Source of the DNA: Candidatus Pacearchaeota archaeon
GTDB lineage: Archaea; Nanobdellota; Nanobdellia; Pacearchaeales; GW2011-AR1
DNA length: 51,799 nucleotides
Direction of reading: 5' to 3'
NCBI GenBank assembly: GCA_017608405.1
Contig: JAFCFX010000003.1
Span: 1 to 51,799, forward strand
The translations under genes and the position numbers were made by a program. Positions 26,519-34,644 of the stretch are shown piece by piece. Each line of letters opens with the position of its first letter. Within the stretch, counting starts at the first letter, position 1. The notes below the pieces were generated by a model, which did not search any database, was not told the origin of the DNA, and saw nothing but the letters and a program-made list of their open reading frames with translations.

Positions 26519-27688
26519 ATGAAAAATCAACCAGTCAAAGGATTTAGAGATGTTACAGGAAAGCAAGCTGAAAAAAGAGCATTTATTAGGGAAGTTATTA
26601 GAAGGACCTTTGAAAAATATAATTTTGAACAAGCAGAAACACCAATTATAGAATATGAAGAATTTGTTAAAGGGGAAAATACTCAAGATGATGCTATTTC
26701 AGATGTGTTTAAATTAAAAGATAAGGGAGACAGAAAGCTCGCCTTAAGATATGAATTTACTTTTCAATTAAAGAGACTCGCAGAAAATAAAAAACTCCCC
26801 TATAAAAGGTTTCAAATTGGATCTGTATTTAGAGATGAGCCAGCACAAGGAAATAGGTTAAGACAATTTACTCAGTGCGACATTGATACAATTGGGTCTA
26901 CAATAAAAGACGAGGCAGAAATACTCGCAGCAATAAAAGAAATTTTAAATGCATTAAAAACAAAATCTGTGATCTATATCAACAACAGAAAATTGCTTGA
27001 TGAAATTTTAAATGAATTAAATATTAAGCAAAAAGAACAGGTTATAAGAGAAATTGACAAACTTGATAAACTTCCTGAAAAAGAAGTAAAAGAAAATTTA
27101 AAAAAATTAAATGCAGAAAAAATTTTGAATATCATAGGCAATAAACAAGGTTTTTTTAAAAAATATAAAGCATATTCTGAAATTGAAGAATTAAAAAAAT
27201 ATTGCAAAAATTATGGATTTGAAGTTGTTTTTTCTCCTTCTCTAGCACGAGGCCTTAGTTATTATAATGGAAGTGTTTTTGAAATTAAGAGCCCGGGTAT
27301 TAAAGAAACAATTTGTGCAGGAGGAAGTTATCTTGTAAATAATATTCAATCAACAGGAATTTCATTGGGGCTTGAAAGACTTGAATTAGTCACAAAAATA
27401 ATTTTAAAAATAGAAAGAATTCTTGTTGTTTCTCTTAATGAAGATAAGAAAGCTATTCAAATTGCAAAGCAACTTAGGAAACAAAATAAAAACGTGACTA
27501 TTTTTTATGGTAAACCGTCCAAAGCAATGGAATATGCAAATGCATATGGTATGAAAAAAGTTGTTTTTGTTGGTGCACAAGAAATCAAAAAGAAAAAATT
27601 TAAGATAAAAGACATGAAAACAGGAAAAGAAAAAATTTTAGTTATTGAAAAAAGAACAAAAAAAGATCTTGTGTTAAATAGGGAATAA
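26519..27688 (+). CDS. hisS: histidyl-tRNA synthetase
   Basis: PVKGFRDV, FEQAETPIIEYEEF (motif 1 region), LALRYEFTFQLKR (motif 2), FRDEPAQGNRLRQFTQCDID, CAGGSY (motif 3 region); C-terminal alpha/beta anticodon-binding domain. Confidence 0.85.
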   Translation: MKNQPVKGFRDVTGKQAEKRAFIREVIRRTFEKYNFEQAETPIIEYEEFVKGENTQDDAISDVFKLKDKGDRKLALRYEFTFQLKRLAENKKLPYKRFQIGSVFRDEPAQGNRLRQFTQCDIDTIGSTIKDEAEILAAIKEILNALKTKSVIYINNRKLLDEILNELNIKQKEQVIREIDKLDKLPEKEVKENLKKLNAEKILNIIGNKQGFFKKYKAYSEIEELKKYCKNYGFEVVFSPSLARGLSYYNGSVFEIKSPGIKETICAGGSYLVNNIQSTGISLGLERLELVTKIILKIERILVVSLNEDKKAIQIAKQLRKQNKNVTIFYGKPSKAMEYANAYGMKKVVFVGAQEIKKKKFKIKDMKTGKEKILVIEKRTKKDLVLNRE

Positions 27689-27736
27689 TCATTACACCAC
27701 AATAATGCTTTAAAAAGCGGTCCTATTCTATTCCTC

Positions 27737-28294
27737 ATGGTGAGTGAAGAGGAACAAAAAAAGATTGATTTAGGATATTTAAGGGCTGCATGGAAATATG
27801 CACAAGATAATTCTCCTGATAAGAGTACTCAAAATGGAGCGGTAATTGTTAGAAGTAATAAAATATTTAATATAGCTCCTCTTAATATTATTTCGTATGG
27901 TGCTAATAACCTTTCTCCAGGAGTTGAAATTACTGAAGCAAGACTTGAAAGACCCTTAAAATATGAATTTACAGGACATGCTGAAGAAAATGCTATTATT
28001 AATGCTGCAAAAGCTGGAAAATGTACTGATGGAGGAATAATGTATGCTCCATGGTTTGCATGTGCTCCTTGCGGAAGACAAATAGTGAGGGCAGGAATAA
28101 AAAAAGTTATTGGTTCTAAATGGCCTGAAAAATGGTGGACAGAAAGACAGAATCCCGAAGATGGAAAAAATTGGTATGATAGTATCGGACTTGCTCTTGA
28201 AATGTTTAATGAAGCAGGTGTAAAATATCAGTGGGTTGATGGAGATATTGGTGGATTAGAAATTCTGTTTGACGGGATTATAAGAGAACCTTGA
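27737..28294 (+). CDS. dCMP / deoxycytidylate deaminase family protein
   Basis: GHAEENAIINA (HAE zinc motif) and FACAPCGRQIVRAGIKKV (CxxC). Confidence 0.8.
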   Translation: MVSEEEQKKIDLGYLRAAWKYAQDNSPDKSTQNGAVIVRSNKIFNIAPLNIISYGANNLSPGVEITEARLERPLKYEFTGHAEENAIINAAKAGKCTDGGIMYAPWFACAPCGRQIVRAGIKKVIGSKWPEKWWTERQNPEDGKNWYDSIGLALEMFNEAGVKYQWVDGDIGGLEILFDGIIREP

Positions 28295-29071
28295 TTATTT
28301 TGCTAAATCAAAAACAGCCCTCACATAAAAATCTTTGTTATTATATGCATAAATTGCATTTTCAAGGGTAGTTCTTTTTTCTTTAAAATAAGAAAGATAA
28401 CTTGCTACTGAAGATATGTTATTATCCATATCATAAACATCATCTCCTATAAACCACTTATTGAGAGAATAAGGTAAAAATTGAGCATGACCAGTTGCCC
28501 CTGCATAGCTTGATGTAAGTTTGAGAACATCAATATTTTTTTTATTTGAAAAAGTTAAAAGTTCTTCTAATTGATCAAAAGCAAATTGTTTTTTATAATC
28601 AGATAAATAAAGTGAAACATAGGCATTAAATGGATTAAAACTTCCCTCATTTTTTCCAAAATCAGATTCTATTGCTAAGACCGATGCAATTATTTCTTTT
28701 GGAATATTGTATTTTTCTTCTGCCTCTTTTAAATTAATTAGGTTCTTTTCAATAAAGAGTGGCATTTGTTGTTTTTTATTTTTAAACCCTATTTTTTCCT
28801 TATATTTTTCATAATCTGTTATTATTTTTTCTGGAGCCTTTTCAAATAATTCCTTGATATTAGGATAAACTTCAAATCTTGGGTCTGCAAGAAGACTATT
28901 AATATCAAATCCTTTTTGTTCTAGGTTAATTACAAGTGAATCAAGAGAATTATTTATTTGTCTTAATTCAAGAGGATCATTAGGAATAGGTATTTCTTTT
29001 TGTGTTGCATTTGTAACTGTTGAGAGGAGTAATAAACCTAAAGAGAAAACAGATGTTCTGAGGACATTCAT
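28295..29071 (-). CDS. secreted lytic murein transglycosylase (MltB / SLT_2-like)
   Basis: Signal peptide MNVLRTSVFSLGLLLLSTVTNA; IIASVLAIESDFGKNEG (catalytic Glu motif) and YAGATGHAQFLPYS...DMDNNISSVASYL, as in the MltB family. Confidence 0.75.
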   Translation of the reverse strand: MNVLRTSVFSLGLLLLSTVTNATQKEIPIPNDPLELRQINNSLDSLVINLEQKGFDINSLLADPRFEVYPNIKELFEKAPEKIITDYEKYKEKIGFKNKKQQMPLFIEKNLINLKEAEEKYNIPKEIIASVLAIESDFGKNEGSFNPFNAYVSLYLSDYKKQFAFDQLEELLTFSNKKNIDVLKLTSSYAGATGHAQFLPYSLNKWFIGDDVYDMDNNISSVASYLSYFKEKRTTLENAIYAYNNKDFYVRAVFDLAK

Positions 29072-29736
29072 TCTATTTCAACTTCCATTTTCCAAGAATT
29101 TTTTGATCCTGAAATTTTTTTGTTTTTAATTTGCAATGGATTTTTAAATAAAGGGCAATCGAGAACAAAGGTTTCAAATTCTCCTCCTTCCCCTGCAATA
29201 TGAACCCTATATTTATTGTTAAGATCTATTGCATCATTAACAAATTGTTTATTGATTTCTCTTCCAAGCCAAGTTTTATCTAAGGGGTAAGCAAAAACCC
29301 CCACAATTATTACCTTGAAATTATTTTCAATTAATTCGTGAAGATATTTTAATTCGTCTTTTTGCCAAATTGGGTTTAAACATTTAAGATTTAATTTATC
29401 ACATATTTTTTGAATTCTTGAAGCTTGATATTCTGAAGCAATTGCTCCTGTTGCAATAGTATCAATTTTATATTTTGTTTTGGCTTTTTTTATTGCCTTT
29501 TCAAGATCTGCAAGTTCTTCTTCTTTTTGGCCTTTTGTTTTTTGAATAATTAAGGGAATTTGTATTGTTTTTGCTTGTTCTTCAACTCTCTTTATGTTTG
29601 GAGTATGAAACATATAAGATTCTTTATTTTCAGAAAAAACACTTATTAAACAAGACAATTCATATCCCTTTTGTTTTGCTTTATATGCTGCATAGCAAGA
29701 ATCTTTTCCGCCTGAAAATAGTACTCCTGCTTTCAT
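29068..29736 (-). CDS. dph6: diphthine-ammonia ligase (Dph6 / MJ0570-type PP-loop ATPase)
   Basis: MKAGVLFSGGKDS (PP-loop SGGxDS), GAIASEYQASRIQ, GEGGEFETFVLDCPLF; start set at ATG 29736, which avoids overlap with scpA. Confidence 0.8.
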   Translation of the reverse strand: MKAGVLFSGGKDSCYAAYKAKQKGYELSCLISVFSENKESYMFHTPNIKRVEEQAKTIQIPLIIQKTKGQKEEELADLEKAIKKAKTKYKIDTIATGAIASEYQASRIQKICDKLNLKCLNPIWQKDELKYLHELIENNFKVIIVGVFAYPLDKTWLGREINKQFVNDAIDLNNKYRVHIAGEGGEFETFVLDCPLFKNPLQIKNKKISGSKNSWKMEVEIE

Positions 29737-29782
29737 AAATATGTCACAAAATAACACTATATAAATTTTTATAAATCTGTTA

Positions 29783-30724
29783 TTAATCTTCTCCAATAGG
29801 ATTTGAGAACTCTTTACTGATTTTTTTTAATCTCTTTTTTTGTTCTTTATCGAGTTTTATTTTTTTAGTCTTAGGTTTTTTCTCTGCTTGTTCTTGTATT
29901 TCTTGTTTTAGATCTGCAAAGGGATCTGGATTATGTTTTATATAGGTTTTATGCAACCAAATATAGATTTCTTCAAAATGATTTTCTTGTTCTAACCAAA
30001 CTTTTTTTTGGTCTTCAAGATGCAATAAAGGGGAAAAGGCAATTATTCTTTCTTCTCTATTTTTTCCAATAAAGTCTGTAAATGAAACTTTTCTTTTTTC
30101 ATTGTTTTGTTCAAAATGGGAAAATAAATTATCATAAATCTCTCTTATTTTATTCTTAATACTAAATTTTCTCTTGGGTAATGCAATTCCTGTTTCTCTT
30201 AAGGCATTTCTATTGATTATTTCTTTTTTAATACGCCTATTCTCTGTTGTAATGGCTTTGTTTAAGGATTCCATGAGTTCTTGAAGTGTAACTTTTCTAA
30301 ATCTTGGCATTGGGCTTCTTGGAACAAGTTCGGGAATTTCTTCATCAAGTTCTATTCTTTCTAGAACCGCCTTTTGTTCTGGTTTTTTATCAAAAAGGAT
30401 TTCATCTATGCTTTTGATATATTTATTTAAGAGAATTTCTGACTTAATTCTAAGCAAAAAAGCTGCTGCCAATAACACCTTACTTGAGACAAAAAAGTCT
30501 GTTTCTTCAAGTTGTTGTATTTTTATAAGATATTTATCAGTTAAAATGGTTATATTTACATCCCAAGGATCTAACTGCTCTGTATTGATTAAATCATAAA
30601 TAATCTCTTGCCATGCTATTTCCCTGCTAAATAATAAATCATGAACTTGCTCTTGTTTAGCTGATTCTTTAGATGGATAAGTTGAAATCTCTTGATTTTT
30701 GTCTTGATTTACCTCTTTTGACAT
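29783..30724 (-). CDS. scpA: segregation and condensation protein A (ScpA kleisin)
   Basis: EQLDPWDVNITILTDKYLIKIQQLEE...SSKVLLAAAFLLRIKSEIL is typical of the ScpA N-terminal domain. Confidence 0.7.
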   Translation of the reverse strand: MSKEVNQDKNQEISTYPSKESAKQEQVHDLLFSREIAWQEIIYDLINTEQLDPWDVNITILTDKYLIKIQQLEETDFFVSSKVLLAAAFLLRIKSEILLNKYIKSIDEILFDKKPEQKAVLERIELDEEIPELVPRSPMPRFRKVTLQELMESLNKAITTENRRIKKEIINRNALRETGIALPKRKFSIKNKIREIYDNLFSHFEQNNEKRKVSFTDFIGKNREERIIAFSPLLHLEDQKKVWLEQENHFEEIYIWLHKTYIKHNPDPFADLKQEIQEQAEKKPKTKKIKLDKEQKKRLKKISKEFSNPIGED

Positions 30725-31026
30725 CTTAATTATAGAAAACTAGAATTTATAAATTTGTGTAGTGCCTAAATAATTAGAGTGAAGTGCCTAAAAAGGTTTA
30801 TATAATTGTCCCTCTAAAAAGACTAAGGTGAAATTTATCACTACTTTAGACTAATTACCGCTTGTCATTCTAAAAGGGTAACAGAAGCGAAACATTTATA
30901 TAGTTGAGCACACTCTATTTTCTATCACCTCTTTTTACCCAGGATAGAGGTCTTGAGATACTATTTTACCTTGAGGCATCTATCCCAGGGTTTTATGCTC
31001 AAATAAGGTTGGTAAATAAACACAAA

Positions 31027-31404
31027 ATGAAAAAAACATTGGCCACACTCGCCTCCTTAGCAATCTTAACAGCTGCTTGTGAGTATCCTCGTTTAAATCA
31101 AAGAACCTTGGATGTTGGGGAAGAAAGACTCGAATTAAGGGAATTAGACAAAAGAAAGAGCCCAATAAATTATTTAACTGTTAAAAGGAGAGATGGAAAA
31201 AAGATTTTTGCTTTTTCACCAAAAAATGATTCATTAATTTATATTGAAGTTGATAATAATATAGAAAAGAAAAAATTCAAATTTGGACCTATATATGATG
31301 CTGCAGTTGAACAACTTTCAAAATATCTAAACATGATTTCAGAAAGAGATTCAGATGATCTTGAAAAAGAACATTCACCTTATCGTTATTTATTTGAAGA
31401 ATAA
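31027..31404 (+). CDS. putative lipoprotein
   Basis: MKKTLATLASLAILTAAC lipobox-like signal; the tracked TTG start at 30904 is probably leader sequence. Confidence 0.5.
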   Translation: MKKTLATLASLAILTAACEYPRLNQRTLDVGEERLELRELDKRKSPINYLTVKRRDGKKIFAFSPKNDSLIYIEVDNNIEKKKFKFGPIYDAAVEQLSKYLNMISERDSDDLEKEHSPYRYLFEE

Positions 31405-31682
31405 TAATAAATTAAAATAAAAAATTTGAGGGCTTAATAAGAATTAATTATATATTTTTTCTTGCCCATTTATAATCACATTAAAATTAGTAAATAATCA
31501 TCTGGTTACTTACTTCTATTTCTAATTCTATTTCTTATTAATAAAATATTATTTCTAATTCTTGATTAAAGTTGTTAAAAATTAATTGTTTTATCGGACA
31601 GTCTCAGGTATTTGTTTATTCCTTAATCCCCCTTATGATTTAATATGTGGCTGTTAGGGGGTGGATTATTTACTCAAGAAAA

Positions 31683-31946
31683 TTACTCTTTTTTAACTTC
31701 TTCAGGCTTAGCTTCTTTAATCTCTTCTTTTTTCTCTTCTGTCTTTTTACTTTCAAATTCAGAATAATGACATTTACCACAATAGGATCTTCCTTGAGAT
31801 TTCATTAAAAAAACACCTGGTCCACATCTTGGACAAAATCTTTCTCGTGTAACTTTATCCCCTTCTATTTTATACTTACTATATTTCTTACTAGTAGGTT
31901 TATTCTTATGTGGTTTTTTTCCTTTTTTAACAACTTTTTTTGCCAT
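31683..31946 (-). CDS. rps27ae: ribosomal protein S27ae (eS31)
   Basis: YKIEGDKVTRERFCPRCGPGVFLMKSQGRSYCGKCHY zinc ribbon. Confidence 0.9.
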   Translation of the reverse strand: MAKKVVKKGKKPHKNKPTSKKYSKYKIEGDKVTRERFCPRCGPGVFLMKSQGRSYCGKCHYSEFESKKTEEKKEEIKEAKPEEVKKE

Positions 31947-31948
31947 TT

Positions 31949-32341
31949 TTATTGTTTAACTTCTTCAGGTTTTTCTTCTGGTTTAATTTCTGGCTTATTT
32001 TCACTCGCTTCGCTCGGTTGATTGGGGTTATTATCTATATTTTCCTTTTTCTCAGGTTGATTTTTAGATTCAGAACTCAGTCCTCTTTTTGATTGTTTTT
32101 CTACAGCATCTTTTGCTTTTTTTGAATCATAAATATGAGCAGTAATAATACATTCATGTGAACCAAACTTTTCTGAAATTTTTTTAATTTTAATATTTTC
32201 AGGTTTTGTTGAAAATTTTTCAGAAATTAAGTCAAGAACAGCTTCATGGGTTGGGGCTACTTGTGTCTCAACCCCTACTTTAATTTCTTTTCTATTAAAT
32301 AAAGAGTTTTCATTTTCATTAATTATTTTGAAGTCTTTCAT
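31949..32341 (-). CDS. rps24e: ribosomal protein S24e with a Pro/Glu/Lys-rich C-terminal tail
   Basis: MKDFKIINENENSLFNRKEIKVGV...APTHEAVLDLISEKF...HIYDSKKA; start set at ATG 32341. Confidence 0.9.
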   Translation of the reverse strand: MKDFKIINENENSLFNRKEIKVGVETQVAPTHEAVLDLISEKFSTKPENIKIKKISEKFGSHECIITAHIYDSKKAKDAVEKQSKRGLSSESKNQPEKKENIDNNPNQPSEASENKPEIKPEEKPEEVKQ

Positions 32342-32348
32342 TGTAGAA

Positions 32349-32540
32349 TTATTTAGTCTTAATAGCAAAATTACCTTTGTTTTTTAAATTTAATTTTTTA
32401 GCTATTTCTGAATTTTCTGGATCTAATATAACTATTCTTCCTTTAAATGAGTCTGTTGATTCTTTTGCTTCACACTTTGGACACTTTTCTCCTGTCTCAT
32501 ATATTGTGTTGCAAATCTTGCATGCTTTTGATTTTACCAT
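32349..32540 (-). CDS. spt4: transcription elongation factor Spt4 (RpoE'')
   Basis: ACKICNTIYETGEKCPKCEAKESTDSFKGRIVILDPENSEIAKKL zinc ribbon plus NGN-binding region. Confidence 0.85.
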   Translation of the reverse strand: MVKSKACKICNTIYETGEKCPKCEAKESTDSFKGRIVILDPENSEIAKKLNLKNKGNFAIKTK

Positions 32541-32815
32541 TCTATATCTGTTGCACGTTGTTTTTTAATTATGTGAAAAAAAGGAGGTTTTCGATCTACA
32601 GTGAATGTTTTTGAGGTAGTTAATTCATACTTTGGAGCATATTCTATTCCTCCTATGCAGGTAGACCCCAAACAACTAAATCCTACAATAACCTCTCCAT
32701 TTTCTATTTCCATTCCTTGATCACTTACTCCTGTAATTTCTCCAAGATACTGTCCAAGATCATAATCTCTTAATCCTTTTCCAACATAATCTTTAGCTTT
32801 TCTAATTTCTGACAT
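32534..32815 (-). CDS. small hypothetical protein, paralog B, inserted in the rpoE'-spt4 operon
   Basis: Start set at MSEIRKAK (ATG 32815), 1 nt after the stop of paralog A; YVGKGLRDYDLGQYLGEITGV aligns with paralog A. Confidence 0.5.
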   Translation of the reverse strand: MSEIRKAKDYVGKGLRDYDLGQYLGEITGVSDQGMEIENGEVIVGFSCLGSTCIGGIEYAPKYELTTSKTFTVDRKPPFFHIIKKQRATDIEW

Positions 32816-32816
32816 T

Positions 32817-33029
32817 TTATTTCTTAGCCTCCACAATTTTATAATGTAAAAAACCAAGACGATGTATGTAAGCCTCTCTATTATCAAGTTGTACTTGACC
32901 GGTTTCTGGTAAATATGCTGTAACTTTCCCCATGTAATGTCCCTCTTCTACATTTTCTAATCCCATCCCAATCAAAGACTCTGGAGGGAACAAAACAGCT
33001 AATTCTCCAATATAATTATTTAAGTTCAT
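32817..33029 (-). CDS. small hypothetical protein, paralog A, inserted in the rpoE'-spt4 operon
   Basis: 70-aa ORF overlapping the rpoE' stop by 4 nt; LIGMGLENVEEGHYMGKVTAY aligns with paralog B. Confidence 0.5.
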   Translation of the reverse strand: MNLNNYIGELAVLFPPESLIGMGLENVEEGHYMGKVTAYLPETGQVQLDNREAYIHRLGFLHYKIVEAKK

Positions 33030-33643
33030 TTCTTCTTGCCTCCCTTTGCTTTAGCACCTTTAGCTTCTTTATCTGCAGCTTTGGCAGCCTTTGCTGCTTC
33101 TTTTTGTTTTTTAGCTTGATCTTCTTTAATCCACTCTAATTTTCCTAATCCAGGCTGTCTCATTGTTAATCCTATTTTTGGTTCATCTCCTTTATGACTC
33201 AATGCTACAACTCTTGCTAAACACAAATCTCCTGTTTTCAAACTCCTTTTGCTTGCTTTTCCGAGTAAAGAATTTGCTTTACTAAAACTAACATAATCAT
33301 CCATTGTTTGACTAATATGAATCATCCCTCTCATTGCACTCATATCAATAAAAGCTCCGAAACTTGTTATCTCAGAAATTGTTCCGAAGACAAGTTCTTG
33401 TAATTCTGGTTTCCAAACAAGTAATTTAAACTTAGCACCATAATAAACAACTCCTTCTCCAGGAATTATTACCCCTTCTCCAACTTCCATTATCTCAATA
33501 ACAGAAACAACTTTTCCTAATTCTTTATCATAATAATCTGTATAGGTTTCTCTAAGCTGTTTATCGACAGCTTCTATAGTAGGTAAACCAAATAGTTTTG
33601 GCTCTACTCTAATATGGTCTTCAACTTCTGTAATATAAAACAT
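33026..33643 (-). CDS. rpoE: RNA polymerase subunit E' (Rpo7) with a Lys/Ala-rich tail
   Basis: MFYITEVEDHIRVEPKLFG N-terminal domain plus an S1 domain (GTISEITSFGAFIDM...); tail KKQKEAAKAAKAADKEAKGAKAKGGKKK. Confidence 0.85.
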   Translation of the reverse strand: MFYITEVEDHIRVEPKLFGLPTIEAVDKQLRETYTDYYDKELGKVVSVIEIMEVGEGVIIPGEGVVYYGAKFKLLVWKPELQELVFGTISEITSFGAFIDMSAMRGMIHISQTMDDYVSFSKANSLLGKASKRSLKTGDLCLARVVALSHKGDEPKIGLTMRQPGLGKLEWIKEDQAKKQKEAAKAAKAADKEAKGAKAKGGKKK

Positions 33644-33684
33644 TTTAGATGAAAAAGATAGTAAATTTTGCTTTAAAAAGCTTA

Positions 33685-34032
33685 TTATATGAGTTCTAAC
33701 TTGTTTTTTGATCTAATGACTAATTTATGGTTCTTTGTTTTACTTTTTATTTCTCTATCAAGAGTTGCTATAACAGCATCTTTGTTTTTTTCTGCAAACC
33801 TAATTATTAATTTATCGACATGGCCTTTGCCTAAATCAACTGTTTTAAATTTATTTTTTTGTAATATTTTTAAGGCAAGTTCTGCATTTTTATTTTTTAA
33901 TCTTTTGATTTCTGCTATTACTTGTTTAGGAATTATAATTTGGAAACCTCTAAGTTTTAAATCTTCAAAAAAATCAATTTTTTGCTTTATACACATCACT
34001 ATAAAACTACTATCTAAGATTGTTTGTTTCAT
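33685..34032 (-). CDS. PIN-domain protein (Fcf1-like, conserved neighbour of rpoE')
   Basis: ILDSSFIV...IIIPKQVIAEIKRL...VIATLDREIK acidic PIN residues; canonical position upstream of rpoE'. Confidence 0.7.
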   Translation of the reverse strand: MKQTILDSSFIVMCIKQKIDFFEDLKLRGFQIIIPKQVIAEIKRLKNKNAELALKILQKNKFKTVDLGKGHVDKLIIRFAEKNKDAVIATLDREIKSKTKNHKLVIRSKNKLELI

Positions 34033-34083
34033 AATCTTATTACTATATTAAGGTTTAAATAATCTTTTTTCTATGGTTTTATT

Positions 34084-34644
34084 ATGATTGAAAAAGAAAA
34101 TCTTCTTAAAATTTTTCAAGAAACAAAGAGTGCGATAAAAAAAAGTAATAATATTAGGTTAAAGGAATTAAGTAATCAGACAATTCACACCGCGTCCTTA
34201 AATCAAGATCCAGATAATATTGCTGTGGCAGTTATTGTTTATTCTTTGAGTAAGGTAGAAGAAAGAGAAACCTATAAAAAATATCCTGGGTGGAAAAAGT
34301 TTTACAATGCAATAATGTTGGCAATAGATGGCTCTATAATTGCTCTTGAAAAAAATGATGAAAAATTGTTTAAAGAAAAACTCAAATCAATTAGAGCAGA
34401 AATAGGGAAGCTTTCTGGAAAATTAAAAAGATTTATTGGGGACGTATTTAGAAAAGCAAAAATAAACAAGGCGTCTAGAATTTATGAACATGGTATTTCT
34501 ATGGAAACAACTGCAAAGTTGCTTGGGATTTCTATTTGGGAACTTGCAAATTATGCTGGGCAGACAGGAGTTTCAAATGTTCCCTTGAACAAAACAATGG
34601 ATGCTAAGGAAAGAATTAAATTAGCGCAGGATTTTTTCAAATGA
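34084..34644 (+). CDS. hypothetical protein with a C-terminal UPF0175-like helix-turn-helix
   Basis: ASRIYEHGISMETTAKLLGISIWELANYAG resembles UPF0175 antitoxin-like proteins; 4-nt overlap with the PIN-like gene downstream. Confidence 0.5.
   Translation: MIEKENLLKIFQETKSAIKKSNNIRLKELSNQTIHTASLNQDPDNIAVAVIVYSLSKVEERETYKKYPGWKKFYNAIMLAIDGSIIALEKNDEKLFKEKLKSIRAEIGKLSGKLKRFIGDVFRKAKINKASRIYEHGISMETTAKLLGISIWELANYAGQTGVSNVPLNKTMDAKERIKLAQDFFK

Noticed and set aside
30904-31026. TTG-initiated N-terminal extension of the lipoprotein ORF
   Set aside because: The lipobox signal peptide starts at ATG 31027, and the upstream part overlaps predicted promoter and leader sequence.
31405-31682. 278-bp convergent spacer with a 13-bp direct repeat (tatttctaattct at 31517-31529 and 31550-31562) and a ccccc...ggggg stem (31628-31661)
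   Set aside because: The repeat is AT-rich and low-complexity. The stem is only 5 bp with a 24-nt loop. There is no promoter motif, so this is most simply a bidirectional terminator region.
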